NCBI GenBank assembly: GCA_002269645.1
Contig: NIVC01000403.1
Span: 62,001-126,000 of the forward strand
Source: Macrostomum lignano
Taxonomy: Eukaryota
DNA length: 64,000 nt
Direction of reading: 5' to 3'
Part shown: positions 59,001-64,000 of the stretch, piece after piece
Numbering within the stretch: position 1 is the stretch's first letter
How the letters are laid out: each line of letters starts with the position of its first letter
Notes under the pieces: generated by a model
Databases searched by the model: none
Told to the model about the DNA's origin: nothing
What the model saw: the letters and a program-made list of their open reading frames with translations, nothing else
Program-made: the position numbers and the translations under genes

Positions 59001-62000
59001 GGCGTAAAAGTGCACATAAAATGATTGAGGACACTAGCAAACGTTCAAATTATCACGTTTATGCGAACTTAAAGATCTTGCTCGACAGTATGTACTATAT
59101 GGTAGCAACTCTGTAGAAGCAACTCTGTAGAGTGGAAGCATCTCTGTAGAGTGGAAGCATCTCTGTAGAGTGGAAGCATCTCTGTAGAGTGGAAGCATCT
59201 CTGTAGAGTGGAAGCATCTCTGTAGAGTGGAAGCATCTCTGTAGAGTGGAAGCATCTCTGTAGAGTGGAAGCATCTCTGTAGAGTGGAAGCATCTCTGTA
59301 GAGTGGAAGCATCTCTGTAGAGTGGAAGCATCTCTGTAGAGTGGAAGCATCTCTGTAGAGTGGAAGCATCTCTGTAGAGTGGAAGCATCTCTGTAGAGTG
59401 GAAGCATCTCTGTAGAGTGGAAGCATCTCTGTAGAGTGGAAGCATCTCTGTAGAGTGGAAGCATCTCTGTAGAATGGAAGCATCTCTGTAGAAGCAACTC
59501 TGTAGAGTGGAAGCATCTCTGTAGAGTGGAAGCATCTCTGTAGAGTGGAAGCATCTCTGTAGAGTGGAAGCATCTCTGTAGAGTGGAAGCATCTCTGTAG
59601 AGTGGAAGCATCTCTGTAGAGTGGAAGCATCTCTGTAGAATGGAAGCATCTCTGTAGAAGCAACTCTGTAGAGTGGAAGCATCTCTGTAGAGTGGAAGCA
59701 TCTCTGTAGAGTGGAAGCATCTCTGTAGAGTGGAAGCATCTCTGTAGAGTAGAAGCATCTCTGTAGAGTGGAAGCATCTCTGTAGAGTGGAAGCATCTCT
59801 GTAGAGTGGAAGCATCTCTGTAGAGTGGAAGCATCTCTGTAGAGTGGAAGCATCTCTGTAGAGTGGAAGCATCTCTGTAGAGTGGAAGCATCTCTGTAGA
59901 ATGGAAGCATCTCTGTAGAAGCAACTCTGTAGAGTGGAAGCATCTCTGTAGAGTGGAAGCATCTCTCTAGAGTGGAAGCATCTCTGTAGAGTGGAAGCAT
60001 CTCTGTAGAGTGGAAGCAACTCTGTAGAGTGGAAGCATCTCTGTAGAGTGGAAGCATCTCTGTAGAGTGGAAGCAACTCTGTAGAGTGGAAGCATCTCTG
60101 TAGATCTTATGTAACTAATAGTATACTTGTTTACTCGTCACATTAATGCATATGTGAAATGGCAACTGCAACTTGAGCAACGCGCTGAGAGTTAGAGAAA
60201 AAAGCACTGCTGTCTAATTAGGACTATCCCTGGCTTGAAATTGTATAAAAGAACTTCTTTTACTAGTCAAGTTTAGAGCTCTATGTATATAATTCATCTA
60301 TTCGCGCATGCGGGAACCCTGTGACGCACTAAGTTCTCTTTCTTTTCTAAGAAAAAAACAACCCCAACCAGTACCTTCGACGTCTGCAACTCTCAGCCTA
60401 ACCTAATCCTTCCGTGCTGCGAATGAATGGCTTGTAAGAAACTCTTAAACAAAAACTACTGGGCAACACACTTTATTACTCGCCTACAACATTAACCGGC
60501 CCATTCAGAACTATAGAATAGGCCAGACTCGAGCTCGCAATAGTTTTTTGCACAACCAACCGAACATTTTAGTCACACTATATTTAGCAGATCTAATACA
60601 CACTATTATATATAAGCACAGGCGATAGCCTAGTCGGCAAAAATTTGATGGAGAGAGAGAGAGAGAGGGCAAAGAATGAAGGAACACACTTAGACTCCTT
60701 TTTGCGCTTTCTTAGGCTAGGCGCTTTGTGCAATGGTAATTTAGTCATATACTACTCGCTTATGATACAAAGCAAGACAGATGGTCATCGAGCACACAGT
60801 TGAGCAGAGCCATTACAGATGCGATTAGCCAGAGCAGGTTACCCCAATGATGCTTCAAAATTGCTACCTTTTTTAATCCACAATAGATATGGTCAGACTA
60901 ATCCGAGGCCTCTTCTTAGTGTAGCAGAGCAAAATTGAAGTCCTTCATTTTTTATTAATTATCATACCTCTATAGATCAAAACTACTTTAATCTGAGTAC
61001 ATTACACTATTCATCGAAAAGTACATTTTTGCATAGCACTGGATGCACTATGAGATCAATCAGATCTATTGTAAGAGACGGACTATTAGATAAAATTAGA
61101 TAAAACAGATAAATGGACCATTAGCTCGTAGATGGATCTGATCCATGAGATGGATTTTAAATAATTCAAATCTATGAGCTAGACCACTAGATGAATCGGG
61201 TCTATGAGAGACTACTGATGAGAGAGACCTATGAGAGACTACTAGAAGGGTCAGGTCTGAGATAGACTACTAGATGGATCAGATCTATGAGATAGACTAC
61301 TAGATGGTTCAGATCTATGAGATAGACTACTAGACGGATCAGATCTATGAGATAGACTACTAGATGAATCAGATCTATGAGATAGACTACTAGATGGATC
61401 AGATCTATGAGATAGACTACTAGATGGATCAGATCTATGAGATAGACTACTAGATGAATCAGATCTATGAGATAGATCACTAGACGGATCAGATCTATGA
61501 GATAGACTACTAGATGAATCAGATCTATGAGATGGACCACAAGATCCAATTGCGCAACTCACATCTCTGCGCAGAGCCCAGACTGTCGGCCCGCGGAAAA
61601 TCCCTCCTGTTAGCGGCCGCCACCTCGGCCGGTGTCCGAGTCCGCTGCATTGTCCGAGGCACGGACGCCCGGCCATCGTCAATATGGACAACATTCCGCC
61701 TAGGAAACGTGCCGCCGGGCCCTCCCCGTCTACTCATGTCGTCCATAGCCACGGCCGAGTCCGAATGGACGCTAGCTCTAGAGCCGAGTCCACGGGCTCG
61801 AATCTGGAATGTGTCCAGTGACTGGCGCGATTCGGACACGCTGGACAGGCTGTCGGTGTCCCTGTCCTCGGGTATGAACTCGCCCTCGGAGTAGGTACTG
61901 GCCGTCATCTGGCTGGCCGTGTCGTGAAACTCTGCGCCCGGTGGCAGAGTGCCGGGCGGCGGGGAGCAGCGACCGTTGCCTGTAGAAATTTTTTGAAAGT

Positions 62001-63722
62001 AAAATTTGCCGATTATTGATGCGATTTCTTGGCTGGCCAAGAAGCAATCTATGGGTAATTGACTAATTATTATACAAGTGATACAAGCGAAATTTCTAGC
62101 GCTGATTCTTGAGCTGGTTATAGAAATCTTATATAGGGGGGGGGGCTATTCTGGGAATCTAAGTGTGATTCTAAGAATTAAGGAGTGATTTAAAAAATCT
62201 GAAGGTAATTCTGAGAATCAAGGGCTGATTAAAGGAATTTAGGGGCGATTCTAGAAATCAAGGGGTTATTCTAGGAATTTAGGGGTAATTCTAAGAATCA
62301 CCGATTCTTAAAATCTAGGAGTGATTCTACGAGTAAGAATCTAGAAATGATTCTAGGAATCTAGGAGTGATTCTAGGAATCTAGGAGTGATTCTAGGAAT
62401 CTAGGAGTGATTCTAGGAATCTAGAAGTGATTCTAGGAATCTAGGAGTGATTCTAGGAACATAGGAGTGATTCTAAGAATATCGGAGTGATTCTAGGAAT
62501 CTAGGAGTGATTCTAGGAATCTAGGAGTGATTCTAGGAATCTAGGAGTGATTCTAGGAATCTAGGAGTGATTCTAGGAATATTGGAGTGATTTTAAGAAT
62601 ATCGAAGTGATTCTAGGAATCTAGGAGTGATTCTAGGAATCTAGGAGTGATTCTAAGAATCTAGAAGGGATTCTAGGAATCTAGGAGTGATACTAGGAAT
62701 CTAGGAGTGATTCTAGGAATATCGGAGTGATTCTAGGAATCTAGGATGGATTCTAAGAATCTAAGAGTGATTATAGGAACCTAGGAGTGATTCTAGGAAT
62801 CTAGGAGTGATTCTAGGAATATCGGAGTGATTCTAGGAACCTAGGAGTGATTCTAAGAATCTAGGAGTGATTCTAATAATATCGGAGTGATTCTAAGAAT
62901 CTAGAAGGGATTCTAGTAATCTAAGAGTGATTCTAGGAATCTAAGAGTGATTCTAGGAATCTAGGAATGATTCTAGGAATTCAGGGATGATTCTAGAAAT
63001 CTAAGGTGAGATTCTTTGTTATCCAACGGGTGATTATAGGTGATATGATGAATAATTCTATTGCTGATTCTAAGAGTGATTCTGTGTGATTCCTGGGGTA
63101 ACACTATTACGATTCTAATTTCTAAGCGCAGTTTTCAGGGCGATTTCGGGCGATTATTACGTTCATTCCAGAATCTCCAGCAGTGATTCTGTGCGGGATT
63201 TGAACTTTAAGATTCTGATTAATTATATATTTGATACAGGGAGACAATTGCTTCTGGTTCTATGATTTTTGTGCATCCAATTCTAGGCAATGGCTAAATG
63301 GAGAGATTTAAAAAGAAGCAGCCGATTGCAGCAATGAAAAGCGCGAGCTAAGACCCACCGTCGGTAGTGTCATCAGCGTCTGGCGGCACTCGCAATAGTA
63401 GGCGAAGACTCCTCAAGTTCTGATGATGATCGATAATTCGCACTACTAAGTCCAGATCATCCTGCGACAGCACTGGCACGTCAATCTCACCGTTGGGCAT
63501 GGTGAAATAAATATCTAGCCGCCGCTTATACCTGGCCTGAAGCTCGTTGCGAAGGTCTGTTAATTTCAGCGGTCTAGCAAACGTGTTCAACACGCGACTC
63601 TCCCCGTTGAACTCGCATTTCACCCTCAGACCGGCCTGTTGCTGCTCGTTCAGGCGCAGGTTTCGCTCGAAATCTTGCTCGAGTCCGCGGAGAGCGTCGC
63701 TAACCGCCGAGTCGTCCTCCAT
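56089..63722 (-). CDS. MAP3K3: MAP kinase kinase kinase MEKK2/3 (MAP3K2/3) orthologue, 4 exons: 63722-63359, 61979-61563, 58935-58528, 56498-56089; 532 aa
   Basis: N-terminal PB1 domain (RVKCEFNGESR...SQDDLDL...SLRLLL), SPPPG linker motif, and kinase SPAAPDNWKQGDLLGQGAFGKVY, HERIVQYLG, HRDIKG|ANIL, KLSDFGSAK, APEVI.G..Y..KADIWSLG. All junctions are phase-1 GT-AG; total 1599 nt. It is likely the ancestor of MAP3K2/3. Confidence 0.93.
56568..58487. repeat. Intronic minisatellite, 22-26-bp unit GACA(CA)nGACATGCT(T/C)TCTATT(T/G), MAP3K intron 3
   Basis: It fills about 1920 of 2029 nt. The CTTTCT variant is on the left and CTCTCT on the right. Confidence 0.97.
59103..60105. repeat. Intronic minisatellite, 19-bp unit AGAGTGGAAGCATCTCTGT, MAP3K intron 2
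   Basis: About 52 near-perfect copies with a recurrent 14-bp truncated unit. Confidence 0.98.
61190..61535. repeat. Intronic minisatellite, 30-bp unit GATAGACTACTAGATGGATCAGATCTATGA, MAP3K intron 2
   Basis: It ends about 27 nt from the donor at 61562. Confidence 0.95.
62150..63000. repeat. Intronic minisatellite, 20-bp unit TTCTAGGAATCTAGGAGTGA, MAP3K intron 1
   Basis: The core from 62340 to 62990 is homogeneous, with degenerate flanks. Confidence 0.95.
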
Positions 63723-63730
63723 TCCGTCCT

Positions 63731-63760
63731 CTAGAAGCAGCGGCTGCAGGAAAGCAGAAT
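63731..63760 (-). promoter_or_regulatory. Splice acceptor(s) just upstream of the MAP3K ATG
   Basis: Minus strand ATTCTGCTTTCCTGCAG| lies 21 nt before the ATG, and CTTCTAG| lies 8 nt before it. Confidence 0.55.
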
Positions 63761-64000
63761 TGTCGGACGCTCGATTTCAGACCCCCATAAGTTGCGGTCG
63801 GGCTTTGTCGGACTCTGTTCTGTGCGGAACTGTTAGTAGCGGGCCAGCAATGCGAACTGTGTCTTCATGATTTCAACAGGGTGTGTTGGGGGCGCGAGCT
63901 AATAGCATTGTAGATTTCATGGGTAATGCATGAATTTTATAACTAAATTAGTAGGTATTGCAATTAAAATCTGTTTAAAATAAATTGTAAAACACAATAA

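Noticed and set aside
54504-60076. His/Pro-rich and RDASTLQ repeat ORFs
   Set aside because: They are array translations in the MAP3K introns and 3' spacer.
72-63000. Tandem arrays as CRISPR loci
   Set aside because: Units are directly adjacent with no unique spacers, there are no cas genes, and the context is intron-containing eukaryotic DNA.

Overview
This is eukaryotic (animal) gene-dense genomic DNA with GT-AG introns. GC-rich exons, Ala-rich low-complexity tracts and minisatellite-rich non-coding DNA suggest a Macrostomum-like flatworm, but that is inference only. Nine protein-coding genes were reconstructed by hand; all spliced exon chains keep frame through to the stop. They are: caspase-3/7 (-), USP12/46 (-), phosphatidylserine synthase PTDSS1 (+), intronless RPS23 (+), intronless OTUD6 (+), an atypical DUSP (-), a small THAP protein (+), LTV1 (-) and MAP3K2/3 (-). 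Nearly all long ORFs in the supplied track are translations of tandem repeats. Four unusual features stand out. (1) About 34 different minisatellite arrays (units mostly 10-41 bp, roughly 24-25 kb, about 38% of the window) occupy most introns and intergenic spacers. In several introns the array fills all but about 45-140 nt, leaving the splice signals intact, and distant arrays share short cores. (2) A sharply bounded CpG-depleted domain lies on both sides of the USP/PTDSS divergent promoter. (3) Co-directional runs (PTDSS1-RPS23-OTUD6, USP-caspase, MAP3K-LTV1), some with splice acceptors just before the ATG, are compatible with SL trans-spliced operons, and three 40S-linked genes lie within 16 kb. 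(4) There are several non-autonomous hAT-like/MITE elements, one carrying an internal array, and a 28-bp patch of hAT-end-like sequence inside an intronic array. No CRISPR, rRNA or intact tRNA was found.
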